Position numbers and translations under genes: made by a program. DNA of 64,000 nucleotides from an uncultured Gammaproteobacteria bacterium. GTDB lineage: Bacteria; Patescibacteriota; Microgenomatia; CAYQLK01. The notes below the pieces were generated by a model that was not told the origin of the DNA, did no database searches, and worked only from the letters and a program-made list of their open reading frames with translations. Numbering within the stretch: the stretch's first letter is position 1; each line of letters starts with the position of its first letter. Positions 36,080 to 44,535 of the stretch are shown in pieces. Location: positions 67,494 through 131,493 of the forward strand of contig CAYOLO010000002.1 in the NCBI GenBank assembly GCA_964404855.1. Direction: 5' to 3'.

Positions 36080-38230
36080 TTAAATACAAGTTGCTGAATC
36101 GAAACACAAGCCATCCTCTGGTGCGAGGTCTTTGAGGGCGCCATTGAAATTGAGGAACGCAGAATTAAGCGCATTGGGGCGAATATAGTTAGAACTACAA
36201 CTTGAGCTATCCTGAAGCACCGCCGTTCCTCCTTGCGTCGTTACCATGTAATCATTTGGTACTCCATCAGAATCTGGGTCGTATAAGCAGATGTATTTTT
36301 GAGTAATTTGAGTACCTGTCGCGTTAAAAAGTGTGATTCCGGGCGCTCGAACTATTTGCTTAGTTGGACCCCAAACTAGAACACTGCCTGGGTTAACAGT
36401 CATGTCAGCATCCATTTGAATACTACCAGTATCTGACCCAACGAGCTTAACCTGTGTTGTTGAAACCGTTAGTCCATTAGTAGGAATGTTACAAGATGAG
36501 CCGATAGTGACATCTCCTGAAACTGGAAATGTACAACCTGACGCGGGGGTTACTGTAGTAAATGTGTCGTCTGTGGTGTAAGCAGTGCCTGCAGAGTTAG
36601 TGGCATAAACTCGGAAATGATATAAAGTTTCTGGGCTGAGATTCGGGATAATTACACTAAAAACACCTGTTGTACCCGAAGTGCCTAGACAATTACCGCC
36701 AATACTCGGATTGGCACTTAAACCAACGCATACACCTCGACCAGTAATAGTATTACCGTTATCAGAAGTTACATTTGCCCCAAGGTTTGCGTTAATCGTG
36801 GTAATAGCATTTTTGGTTGAAGACGAAATAGAAGGCGGACTATTTTTAGTAACCGTAAAGCTTGTATCGGCACAATTATTAGCACCATCACATACTCTTA
36901 AATATCTAGTGTTGGATCCAGTTGTTAATGCCGCATCAACAATGGAGCCTGTAGTTACAGACTGGGCACTAGTAGCTGAGGTCCCAGTGAGGTAGGTGCC
37001 AGTACCGTTTGGACCAGTGTAAACATAACCAAGTAATTCACTAGCATTTGTGCTGGCAGCATCATTTGGAGTGAATGTAACAGTGTAAGTGTTATCAGTT
37101 GAGACTGCGGTAGGGGTGTGGGAAATTGAGGTGGTACTAGTTGGATTAACCGTATCTCTATATAACCAAGTGAACCAGTCACTTGACCAAACGACACCAT
37201 CAGAAACACGTAAATAAACAACATTAGCCCCTTCAACTATACCTGTCTGTGTATAAGCAAAAGTGCCAAAATTGTTTGTTTGACCACTGGTCGTTGTGCC
37301 GTTAGTGATAAGCGTGCCTCCTCCACCGGGAGCGGTACGTAGCTGCCAAGATAGTGCGTTAGCGCCTGTTTGTTCTGCATCATTGGCGCGCAATGAAAAA
37401 GACCAGGTTGTATTTGCGCCTGTTCTAAATCTGCTGTTTTGATAAGTTACTGACGGACCTATAGAAACTGTTGGAGCCGTGTTGGGGTTAAGTGTAGTAA
37501 AAGTGTCGTCTGTGGTATAAACCGTACCCGCAGAACTGGTTGCATAGGCACGATAGTGATAAAGCGTGTTACTGTTCAATCCGCTGACTGCAATCGTAAA
37601 TATCCCTGTTGTTCCACTAGTACTTGTACATCCTGTAGTTGGATTAGCTGAAAGACCAACACATACACCTCTACCTGACCATGTTCCATTTCCGGCTGAA
37701 GTAACATTTCCACCAAGTGTTGCACCAGTGGTTGTGATTGATGTTTTGGTTGGTGAGGTAATAGTTGGAGGTGTTTGACAGTTAAGGGCGGTGAATGTGG
37801 ATGATGCTTTATTCATCGCTGGCCACCCTAAATTGCGATCCTGAAGAAGGATTGTGTAGCTTACGCCTGCTGTAAAACCTGACCCTCCTTTGTTCCAAGT
37901 GTTGGAATATGTACCAGATAAAAATTGACTGAAGTCGTACATACTCGAATATTTGTTATAGGGATTATCTGTGCTTCCAGCTGAACCATTTGGACCTTCG
38001 ACTGTATAGTTGACTGAAAGCGATGATATGTTTCCAACGCAGATTGGAGTTGCGGAATTAATCGTATAAGCTGCATAAACCGATTTGAGTTTTCCAACTG
38101 TGATTGTGCCGATAATTAACAACACAAAAGTCAATAATACTTTAGACGATGTTCGTGAGTATTGATTGCAAAAAATTAGAGTCAATAGTTTCATATTGTT
38201 TTTGAGTAAATTGAGTTTGAAATTTTTCAT
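36080..38230 (-). CDS. Large secreted/cell-surface protein with tandem ~95-aa beta-rich (FN3/Ig-like) repeat modules
   Basis: Signal/TM N-terminus; internal repeats ...GRGVCVGLSANPTTGCTSTSGTTGIFTIAVSGLNSNTLYHYRAYATSSAGTVYTTDDTFTTL and ...GRGVCVGLSANPSIGGNCLGTSGTTGVFSVIIPNLSPETLYHFRVYATNSAGTAYTTDDTFTTV; 5 nt after pilin gene. Confidence 0.6.
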   Translation of the reverse strand: MKNFKLNLLKNNMKLLTLIFCNQYSRTSSKVLLTFVLLIIGTITVGKLKSVYAAYTINSATPICVGNISSLSVNYTVEGPNGSAGSTDNPYNKYSSMYDFSQFLSGTYSNTWNKGGSGFTAGVSYTILLQDRNLGWPAMNKASSTFTALNCQTPPTITSPTKTSITTTGATLGGNVTSAGNGTWSGRGVCVGLSANPTTGCTSTSGTTGIFTIAVSGLNSNTLYHYRAYATSSAGTVYTTDDTFTTLNPNTAPTVSIGPSVTYQNSRFRTGANTTWSFSLRANDAEQTGANALSWQLRTAPGGGGTLITNGTTTSGQTNNFGTFAYTQTGIVEGANVVYLRVSDGVVWSSDWFTWLYRDTVNPTSTTSISHTPTAVSTDNTYTVTFTPNDAASTNASELLGYVYTGPNGTGTYLTGTSATSAQSVTTGSIVDAALTTGSNTRYLRVCDGANNCADTSFTVTKNSPPSISSSTKNAITTINANLGANVTSDNGNTITGRGVCVGLSANPSIGGNCLGTSGTTGVFSVIIPNLSPETLYHFRVYATNSAGTAYTTDDTFTTVTPASGCTFPVSGDVTIGSSCNIPTNGLTVSTTQVKLVGSDTGSIQMDADMTVNPGSVLVWGPTKQIVRAPGITLFNATGTQITQKYICLYDPDSDGVPNDYMVTTQGGTAVLQDSSSCSSNYIRPNALNSAFLNFNGALKDLAPEDGLCFDSATCI

Positions 38231-38235
38231 ATAAG

Positions 38236-39102
38236 TTATCGAATAATAATTTCTGATGTAATTTCTTGCTCTTCTGAATCCATTGCGGATAGGTGCACAG
38301 TATAAGTTGTATCGTGAGTATCAGTGTGTGGAATACTAACTGCCCATGTTTCCCTATATATTTGATTGCTTATTGTAGAAGATGTTTGAGTAAGGTTAAA
38401 AGTTTCTGTAGTCGAGTTATCTAACTCAATATAAGCTGATACTTGACCGATTGGGTGTTCGGACCAAACTTTGGCTGTTACTAATTGCGTCTGACCAACC
38501 CCTGCATCAAGAGGATCAAAATCAACTTGAATTATTTTTGGGTATGTTGTCGATGATCCAAAATATGAAACCTTCCCTTGAATTAATTCGGTAGGAGACG
38601 GTGTGGGGGTTGGGCTTGGCGTTGGGGTTGGTATAAGATAAATTGACGCCAAGGAACTATTTGCACTCGCCAGTCCAGCATTATAAACACCTAGTGGTCC
38701 ACATTTGCCATTGCACGAAAACTCGTTAGGGACTAGATTCTCAAACTTGGCATATAGTTGATATTCGGTTCCGAATTGGGAGACGTATGCATATTTTTGA
38801 TTTTTGAGTGGATCAGACGGAAGCTGCATATATGTACTCCAATTGCTTCCCCAAGGAGCAGCAGATATTTCATAGTTATCATTTGATAGTGGATAAATAT
38901 TATTTGCCACACGATATGCCTCAATTGCTGTCTGAACAGCTTTGAGATCAGATGCTCTCTGTAGATCTCTTGTTCTACGTAGCTGAATAACAGGATTGAT
39001 GGCAATTATCACTAAAGAAATTAGTACACCTAAAATTCCGATGAATACGATAATTTCTATGGTTGTAAATCCAAAATTAAGCGTACTGCGCTTACTACAC
39101 AT
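38236..39102 (-). CDS. Type IV pilin-like protein (class III signal peptide)
   Basis: KRSTLNFG|FTTIEIIVFIGILGVL with Gly-1, Phe+1, Glu+5; PTPTPSPTPTPSPT linker. Confidence 0.75.
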   Translation of the reverse strand: MCSKRSTLNFGFTTIEIIVFIGILGVLISLVIIAINPVIQLRRTRDLQRASDLKAVQTAIEAYRVANNIYPLSNDNYEISAAPWGSNWSTYMQLPSDPLKNQKYAYVSQFGTEYQLYAKFENLVPNEFSCNGKCGPLGVYNAGLASANSSLASIYLIPTPTPSPTPTPSPTELIQGKVSYFGSSTTYPKIIQVDFDPLDAGVGQTQLVTAKVWSEHPIGQVSAYIELDNSTTETFNLTQTSSTISNQIYRETWAVSIPHTDTHDTTYTVHLSAMDSEEQEITSEIIIR

Positions 39103-39166
39103 ATTTTGATTGTTATTAAAAATGATTAACCATCAAAAATATGATGGCTTACAACGATATTAAGAA

Positions 39167-39394
39167 TCAATACTTAAGAATTGCTGAATACTTGCCGTTT
39201 CTGCTATTGCGAATCCCAACCGAGTAGTTAAGCGAGCCAACTGATAGGGCAATAGCGCCTTCAAGAAAACCTTTAACTATTTCTATTCCATCTTTGCCTT
39301 CTGAAATGGCGCCAATTCCTCCGATTAAAGATACGACAACTCCGACAGCCATTAGAAAATATCCGATTTTTATTGAAGTGTTGCCTTTTATCAT
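39167..39394 (-). CDS. Small hypothetical membrane protein
   Basis: 75 aa, Gly-rich hydrophobic segments. Confidence 0.3.
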   Translation of the reverse strand: MIKGNTSIKIGYFLMAVGVVVSLIGGIGAISEGKDGIEIVKGFLEGAIALSVGSLNYSVGIRNSRNGKYSAILKY

Positions 39395-39396
39395 TT

Positions 39397-39969
39397 TTAC
39401 TTTACTAACTCATTGTAACGAAAACAGGAGACCAGATGATTATTAACCATACCTGTTGCTTGCATGTGTGCGTAGATAATAGTCGTACCGACAAAACTAA
39501 ATCCCCTACTTTTCAGGTCTTTTGAAATTTGGTCAGATAGGGGAGACGATGGGGGAATATCAGAGTCTTTTTTGAACTTATTATTTACTGGCTCATAACT
39601 AGTAAATGCCCAGATGTATCTATCAAAACTACCAAACTCATGCTGAACTTCTAGGAATCTACTCGCGTTATTAATGGTAGATTTTATTTTTAGTCTGTTT
39701 CTAATGATTCCTGCGTCTCCAACTAATCTTTCAAAATCTTTGTCTGTATACTTGGCAATTTTTGAAACATTGTAGTTTTCGAATGCTTTCCTGTACCCTT
39801 CTCGCCTATTAAGAATTGTGTTCCAACTAAGCCCTGCTTGAGCGCCCTCAAGCACCAAAAACTCAAAGAGTTTGGCGTCGTCGTGGAGAGGAGTTCCCCA
39901 TTCGGTATCGTGATACTTGGTCATTAATTCTGAACTAAGACACCAATTGCAGCGAGTAATATTTTGCAT
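39397..39969 (-). CDS. tag: DNA-3-methyladenine glycosylase I
   Basis: RCNWC ... YHDTEWG ... LFEFLVLEGAQAGLSW motifs. Confidence 0.85.
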   Translation of the reverse strand: MQNITRCNWCLSSELMTKYHDTEWGTPLHDDAKLFEFLVLEGAQAGLSWNTILNRREGYRKAFENYNVSKIAKYTDKDFERLVGDAGIIRNRLKIKSTINNASRFLEVQHEFGSFDRYIWAFTSYEPVNNKFKKDSDIPPSSPLSDQISKDLKSRGFSFVGTTIIYAHMQATGMVNNHLVSCFRYNELVK

Positions 39970-40070
39970 GAATATATCTTACCAAAACGTTATTCAACCT
40001 ATAGTTTATTTTATTGACAAAATATTATAAAATTCGTGCTTAAGCACATTAAACTTGGAGGCGACAACAG

Positions 40071-40844
40071 TTGTTGTGGGTTTTGCGAACCCTCGTGTTC
40101 GTGGCAATTCTGATCACAATCGGGTCAGTAATAATACCAGCAATTGTTGCAGTGTCTGTGGCTCTTGCTTGGTATATGAGAACTGGCATGGGACCAAAAA
40201 TGATGGGTAGAATTCTTATGTTCTACCCTATCGTTCACTCGCTCATCTTTGTACTCTCGAAGAATGGCATCCAAAGTCGGACAGGAGAAGACTACTTGTT
40301 GGTCGTTATTCTGACTGTATTTATGATGTCAAACACGAAAGTACTGACCCACCCAACAAAACAAGCCCTCCTAGAAGCGTTGGAGGTAAAAAATCTGATT
40401 CTTGGACTTGTAATTGTGACCACGATTTATATTCGTGGGACCGAGCTTGATCCAAGTATCTACTTAATCGTGTTCATACTAATGGTGGTGGCTTCAGTTC
40501 TACTGAACACGGTCGAGTTCCGCCACAGGATAAGACCTACCGAAACACTGGATAGTGTCTCGTTAGCTTTCGTTCATGTCCATCCGACCGATCCGATAAT
40601 CGAAAGATTGATCCTCAGTTTCGCGATGGGGACCATGATCTTCATCTCTATGGTTTTTGCCAAAGAGGTGTTGACCATTTTCGGAAGCGGGTCGGTAAGT
40701 CTTATGGTCATCTGTTTTATGGGTGCAGTATCCATATTCATGATGCTCATGGACTTTACTGGCGGAAAAACAAAGAGGTTCGGCGCCGCAATCAAGGAGT
40801 TGGTCAAGTCGACTAGGCGACTAATTCCCTCACCAACATCCTAA
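40071..40844 (+). CDS. Hypothetical polytopic membrane protein (TTG start; G+C moderately above background)
   Basis: About 7 TM segments; no recognizable family. Confidence 0.45.
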   Translation: MLWVLRTLVFVAILITIGSVIIPAIVAVSVALAWYMRTGMGPKMMGRILMFYPIVHSLIFVLSKNGIQSRTGEDYLLVVILTVFMMSNTKVLTHPTKQALLEALEVKNLILGLVIVTTIYIRGTELDPSIYLIVFILMVVASVLLNTVEFRHRIRPTETLDSVSLAFVHVHPTDPIIERLILSFAMGTMIFISMVFAKEVLTIFGSGSVSLMVICFMGAVSIFMMLMDFTGGKTKRFGAAIKELVKSTRRLIPSPTS

Positions 40845-40869
40845 GGAAGAATGGAGGTAGCTTACTTAT

Positions 40870-40904
40870 AGCCCAAGAGAATCAAAAACTCTTGGGCTTT
40901 TTTA
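40870..40904 (+). terminator. Intrinsic terminator after the 40071-40844 gene
   Basis: AGCCCAAGAG(9 nt)CTCTTGGGCT 10-bp stem followed by TTTTTTAT. Confidence 0.65.
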
Positions 40905-41411
40905 TGTAAAAATTGCAATTGTTTGAGCGACTTCTTCTGGAATACCTTTAATGCAAGTTAGATTGTTAACTTCCTGACTGTTAACCCATTTGTAATCGGT
41001 AAATCCACCTTTTTCTAACACCACTTCCCCGCTGTCGTAGACAGCTGCAAACTTAAGTAGAATTACTGGTATTCCGTCAGGCCTGATAAAAGCTACATTA
41101 TTAATATATTTAAGTCCATTTTTAATTTTCACTCCCGCCTCTTCAAAAACCTCTCTATTCAGTAATGATTGAATCGCATCTTCATAATCCAAAACATCAC
41201 CATTAACTCGAGTAGGGTTATTGATATCTAAATCTTTCCACTCTAATTTGCCACCACAAACTGCATATTTATTTGGATGAACTTTTTCTCTGGCGTCGCG
41301 TTTTAGTACTAAACATCTTTTGTCTGATTCTCTATAAACAACAACATTAGCAACGACATAGAACAATTTATCTTTTTTGGCTTCTTGGATTGAAATTTTT
41401 TCTGCTGGCAT
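40902..41411 (-). CDS. NUDIX hydrolase
   Basis: Nudix box GGKLEWKD...EDAIQSLLNREVFEEAGV (G.5E.7REuxEExGu). Confidence 0.75.
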   Translation of the reverse strand: MPAEKISIQEAKKDKLFYVVANVVVYRESDKRCLVLKRDAREKVHPNKYAVCGGKLEWKDLDINNPTRVNGDVLDYEDAIQSLLNREVFEEAGVKIKNGLKYINNVAFIRPDGIPVILLKFAAVYDSGEVVLEKGGFTDYKWVNSQEVNNLTCIKGIPEEVAQTIAIFT

Positions 41412-41424
41412 AAATCTATTTTAG

Positions 41425-41460
41425 CAAGAAAAAGCCCCCGTCCATTTCCGTGGACGGGGG
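41425..41460 (-). terminator. Intrinsic terminator (10-bp GC stem) downstream of the GC-rich membrane-protein ORF
   Basis: CCCCCGTCCA(6 nt)TGGACGGGGG at 41435-41460; minus-strand RNA continues with UUUUUCUU. Confidence 0.6.
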
Positions 41461-41533
41461 CAAAAAGCGGAAGGCGGGAGCTTGTTTAGCTCCCAACCTA
41501 CTTGATCTTGAGCTTTTGGCAGTACTTGACTGC

Positions 41534-41968
41534 CTAGGCTCTGAGGAAGGTGGGGATGAGGCCGAGGCGGCCGGCGAGCTTGCTGAGGCCGACATACACG
41601 GCGGTGATGATGAGCATCGGGAACACCATGATGGCGGAGAACACGATGAAGATGATGGGTTCGTACCACTGCATCGGAGGCGAGCTGTTGACCGAGTCGT
41701 AGCCGACGACGTAGCCGCCCATGATCAACATGCTTCCGAAGAAGCAGAGGATGACTTGGGTCAGGACGGGTCGGCGCGATTCGGACGCGAACGCGACTGC
41801 CATGATTGGGACGAGGACGTACCCGAGCCAAAGCGAGGCGATACCCGCGGCCGTGTTGTTGTCCGGCGCCTGCCCGGCGATCGTGCCTGCCCAGAACGCG
41901 AAGAACGCGGTCATGGCGAGGTAGAAGAGCTTGAGCTGACGCGACGGATGACTGAGGGTTTCGAGCAA
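41534..41968 (-). CDS. Small 4-TM membrane protein encoded in a ~600-bp high-GC insert
   Basis: Hydrophobic segments (FYLAMTAFFAFWAGTIAG, LWLGYVLVPIMAVAFA, ILCFFGSMLIMGGYVVG, IIFIVFSAIMVFPMLIITAVYVG); the other long overlapping frames here are compositional artefacts. Confidence 0.45.
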   Translation of the reverse strand: MLETLSHPSRQLKLFYLAMTAFFAFWAGTIAGQAPDNNTAAGIASLWLGYVLVPIMAVAFASESRRPVLTQVILCFFGSMLIMGGYVVGYDSVNSSPPMQWYEPIIFIVFSAIMVFPMLIITAVYVGLSKLAGRLGLIPTFLRA

Positions 41969-42020
41969 GTCTGTGGACCTTCCTTTTTTAATGATCTAAC
42001 CCCCATTATACAATACTATA

Positions 42021-42048
42021 GGACATAAGTCAAATTTGACTTATGTCC
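42021..42048. promoter_or_regulatory. 28-bp perfect palindrome GGACATAAGTCAAATTTGACTTATGTCC at the edge of the high-GC insert
   Basis: Seen directly; about 55 nt upstream of the minus-strand membrane ORF start. Confidence 0.4.
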
Positions 42049-42206
42049 TCACGACGCGGTTTGGTATCGCATTTTTGCAATTTTAATGCTCTCTCAACCG
42101 CTCTGTGCAGGCCTTTTGTCAAGTCATTCTAGCCTCAAGTGGCTTTGATTTAAAAGAATATTGGTTTCGGGTATAATTGCCGAGCCTGAGTTACAGCTCG
42201 GTATTT

Positions 42207-42232
42207 TGCGGGATCGTCTAATGGTAAGAACC
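42207..42232 (+). pseudogene. tRNA-Gln 5'-half pseudo-copy 1
   Basis: TGCGGGATCGTCTAATGGTAAGAACC matches first 20 nt of the intact tRNA-Gln, then diverges; no 3' acceptor strand. Confidence 0.55.
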
Positions 42233-42274
42233 AAATACAATTTGAACCTTGCCATCATCCGACCCACATTAAAA

Positions 42275-42300
42275 TGCGGGATCGTCTAATGGTAAGAACC
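42275..42300 (+). pseudogene. tRNA-Gln 5'-half pseudo-copy 2
   Basis: Identical 26-mer to copy 1, followed by unrelated sequence. Confidence 0.55.
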
Positions 42301-42347
42301 TGACTAAAGTCAGAACCTTCCCACTAGACAGATTTTATTTAAATTTT

Positions 42348-42418
42348 TGCGGGATCGTCTAATGGTAGGACACGCCCCTCTGGAGGGTGGTATTGGGGTT
42401 CGAATCCCTGTCCCGCAG
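42348..42418 (+). tRNA. tRNA-Gln (anticodon CTG)
   Basis: U1-A72 acceptor TGCGGGA/TCCCGCA, anticodon stem CGCCC/GGGTG with loop CTCTGGA, T-arm GGGGTTCGAATCCCTG, discriminator G; no encoded CCA. Confidence 0.8.
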
Positions 42419-42567
42419 CAATTATCTGCTTGACGCAACAAGCGTCTGGGTAGAGAATTATCACGACAGGATAAGAACCGTCAGGTTCGCTCTTTTTGAG
42501 TTGAACTATTGAAAAAACTATTTCAATAGTTAGTTTCAAAAATCTATGATTTGAACAAAATCATACG

Positions 42568-42583
42568 TCCCTGTCCCGCAGCA
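42568..42583 (+). repeat. 16-nt direct repeat of the tRNA-Gln 3' end (TCCCTGTCCCGCAGCA), 147 bp downstream of the tRNA
   Basis: Exact match to 42405-42420; intervening 147 bp contains hairpins CTATTGAAA/TTTCAATAG and ATGATTT/AAATCAT. Confidence 0.6.
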
Positions 42584-42616
42584 AGATAAACAATTTGATT
42601 TGAGTATAATAAATAT

Positions 42617-42985
42617 ATGTTAAATTTTAATTCAGTAATGATTGGGTCGGAACAACCTAAAGAAATGGGTGAGTTTTATAAAAAAGTTTTTGATAAGGCT
42701 CCAGACATGGAAGAAACTGGTTGGTACGGATGGCAAATTGGAAATGCTTTTTTCTCAATAGGCGAACACTCCGAGGTCAAAGGCAAAGTACATGAACCTC
42801 AAAGAGTTATTTTTAATTTCGAAACAAAAGAAGTTAAAGAAGAATTTGAAAGAATAAAAAATACAGGAGCAATTGTTATTAAAGAGCCATACGAAATGGG
42901 TGGTGCTTGGATTGCAACTTTTGCCGATCCTGATGGTAACTATTTCCAGCTTATGACCCCTTGGAATAATGTTAGTAACCGATAG
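42617..42985 (+). CDS. VOC-family (glyoxalase/bleomycin-resistance fold) protein
   Basis: 122 aa; WIATFADPDGNYFQLM C-terminal motif. Confidence 0.7.
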   Translation: MLNFNSVMIGSEQPKEMGEFYKKVFDKAPDMEETGWYGWQIGNAFFSIGEHSEVKGKVHEPQRVIFNFETKEVKEEFERIKNTGAIVIKEPYEMGGAWIATFADPDGNYFQLMTPWNNVSNR

Positions 42986-43025
42986 TAAAATTGACACAGT
43001 TATTGGCAATACTTAAACTTGAGGT

Positions 43026-43223
43026 ATGAAGAAATCAGTTCAAGTTATTAACAAACACACTGGTGGAGGAGGAAATGCGGTATATGCTTTCGGATTAATC
43101 GGCGCTTTGGTCTATTTCATTCAACAAGCTAACACTTTGACCGAGGGAATAATTGGAGTACTTAAGGCAATTGTATGGCCGGCATTTGTAGCATATAACC
43201 TCTTAGATTTTTTTAAGATTTAG
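43026..43223 (+). CDS. Small hypothetical membrane protein
   Basis: 65 aa, two hydrophobic segments. Confidence 0.3.
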   Translation: MKKSVQVINKHTGGGGNAVYAFGLIGALVYFIQQANTLTEGIIGVLKAIVWPAFVAYNLLDFFKI

Positions 43224-43240
43224 GTCAGAATATTTTCTAG

Positions 43241-44437
43241 CTAGGCAGCAACCAAGTAAGGGACTCTGGCTATTGAGTACGGATTAATGTTCGGCTCCAT
43301 AAGAATAACTGGAGAACCAACGAACGCTCGACTCCCCTTGTCACCTACTCTTATTCTCCTGGCAACTGGTTTGTGCTTAATAACATCTAGTGAACGGTTA
43401 ATTTGTGCCATTAATTCTTGTGGAGTTACGACTCTTTTTTCTGTAGCGACAATTGTTTTCCTTTGAATATTTCCAAAACCAGCTTCGACACAAGCATCGG
43501 CAAGCAACTGCTGAAAAAGATCGATACGAAAAGTACCAAGCATTATTTGTAAAAATCTATGAGTTGTGTCCATGCCAATGTAAATACCTGCCTCACGTGG
43601 ACGATTGGCTAAATATTCTTTAAATATGTTTTTTTGTTTCTCTACTTGTAGTTCAACATGATTAAGGAGAAGTGATGCTTGGGCCGGTAAGCTCCTGAGG
43701 CCAGCTGTTGCTGGAAGTTTGGTTTTGTCGAATGGGTAAGCAATTTGTTCAAGTGCTTCAACAATATTAGTGTTAAATCTTGCTCCAATAAGTTTTTCGA
43801 CAGATTTTTGAATTTCAATTAACATTTGTTGAGGCTCATCAAGTGATGATTGAACACCTAAAGTGTTCAATCTCGCTTCAAGCGATTGTTGTTGAGAGCT
43901 AGTTATATCTTCGATACCTGTTCCCCCGATTGCGTGACCAGCTCCTTGCCATGACGAGCCATAAAACTCAGGATCAGGACTATATGTTTGCACTGCCACT
44001 AGCTTGTCGGTTTTGGTTTTGATTTGACTGACTACTTTAGGCAGGTCTCTAGGGGGAATACAGTCGAGTGCTTCTTGGGTAAGAGTCGTTGATGTGTAAT
44101 CGACTGAGCCAATAACGTCTTCCATTCTACCTTGAATAAATCTTGCCTTGGGAAGCCTTGTTTTGGCTTTGTCTAATAGTGATTGATTGAAGTCTATTCC
44201 AGTAATCCGAGCAGGGTCTAACCTCATCATTTCTTCAACTTTGCCTGTACCAATACCGAGACAAAGAAGATCTGTGCCTAGTAGATTCTCTGAGGCGACT
44301 AAATGACGATAAGCGTGCGTGAGTGGACGAATGTAAATATTACGAGAACGCTCAAAGTTACTGGTGAACTCCTCGGCGGTTCGCGGTTCTCTGATCCATT
44401 CTGAAACAAATGGAGATTTTCCTTGTTCTGGTGACAT
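43241..44437 (-). CDS. Hypothetical protein with N-terminal class I SAM-methyltransferase-like motif
   Basis: DLLCLGIGTGKVEEM (motif I-like) ... ITGIDFNQSLLDKAK; C-terminal 250 aa unknown; G+C somewhat above background. Confidence 0.45.
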   Translation of the reverse strand: MSPEQGKSPFVSEWIREPRTAEEFTSNFERSRNIYIRPLTHAYRHLVASENLLGTDLLCLGIGTGKVEEMMRLDPARITGIDFNQSLLDKAKTRLPKARFIQGRMEDVIGSVDYTSTTLTQEALDCIPPRDLPKVVSQIKTKTDKLVAVQTYSPDPEFYGSSWQGAGHAIGGTGIEDITSSQQQSLEARLNTLGVQSSLDEPQQMLIEIQKSVEKLIGARFNTNIVEALEQIAYPFDKTKLPATAGLRSLPAQASLLLNHVELQVEKQKNIFKEYLANRPREAGIYIGMDTTHRFLQIMLGTFRIDLFQQLLADACVEAGFGNIQRKTIVATEKRVVTPQELMAQINRSLDVIKHKPVARRIRVGDKGSRAFVGSPVILMEPNINPYSIARVPYLVAA

Positions 44438-44509
44438 TTTGGTGATTATAACAACACAACTAGCAATAACGAATTTAGCTTACTTTAGATGCCCATTAAA
44501 ATCTAGATG

Positions 44510-44534
44510 TATAATTAGTTCAGTTAACTGAACT
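44510..44534 (+). promoter_or_regulatory. TATAAT box followed by 18-bp perfect palindrome AGTTCAGTTAACTGAACT abutting the start codon of the 44536 gene
   Basis: TATAAT 44510-44515; palindrome 44517-44534; ATG 44536; also ATCTAGAT palindrome at 44501-44508. Confidence 0.4.
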
Positions 44535-44535
44535 T

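Noticed and set aside
41421-42028. Overlapping 136-aa (Arg/His-rich) and 192-aa (Asp/Glu/Gly-rich) ORFs in the high-GC insert
   Set aside because: Long ORFs occur in every frame of GC-rich DNA. Only the 144-aa hydrophobic frame looks protein-like, and the others are compositional artefacts.
42339-42539. 66-aa minus-strand ORF
   Set aside because: It lies across the tRNA-Gln gene and its flanking repeats, so it is spurious.
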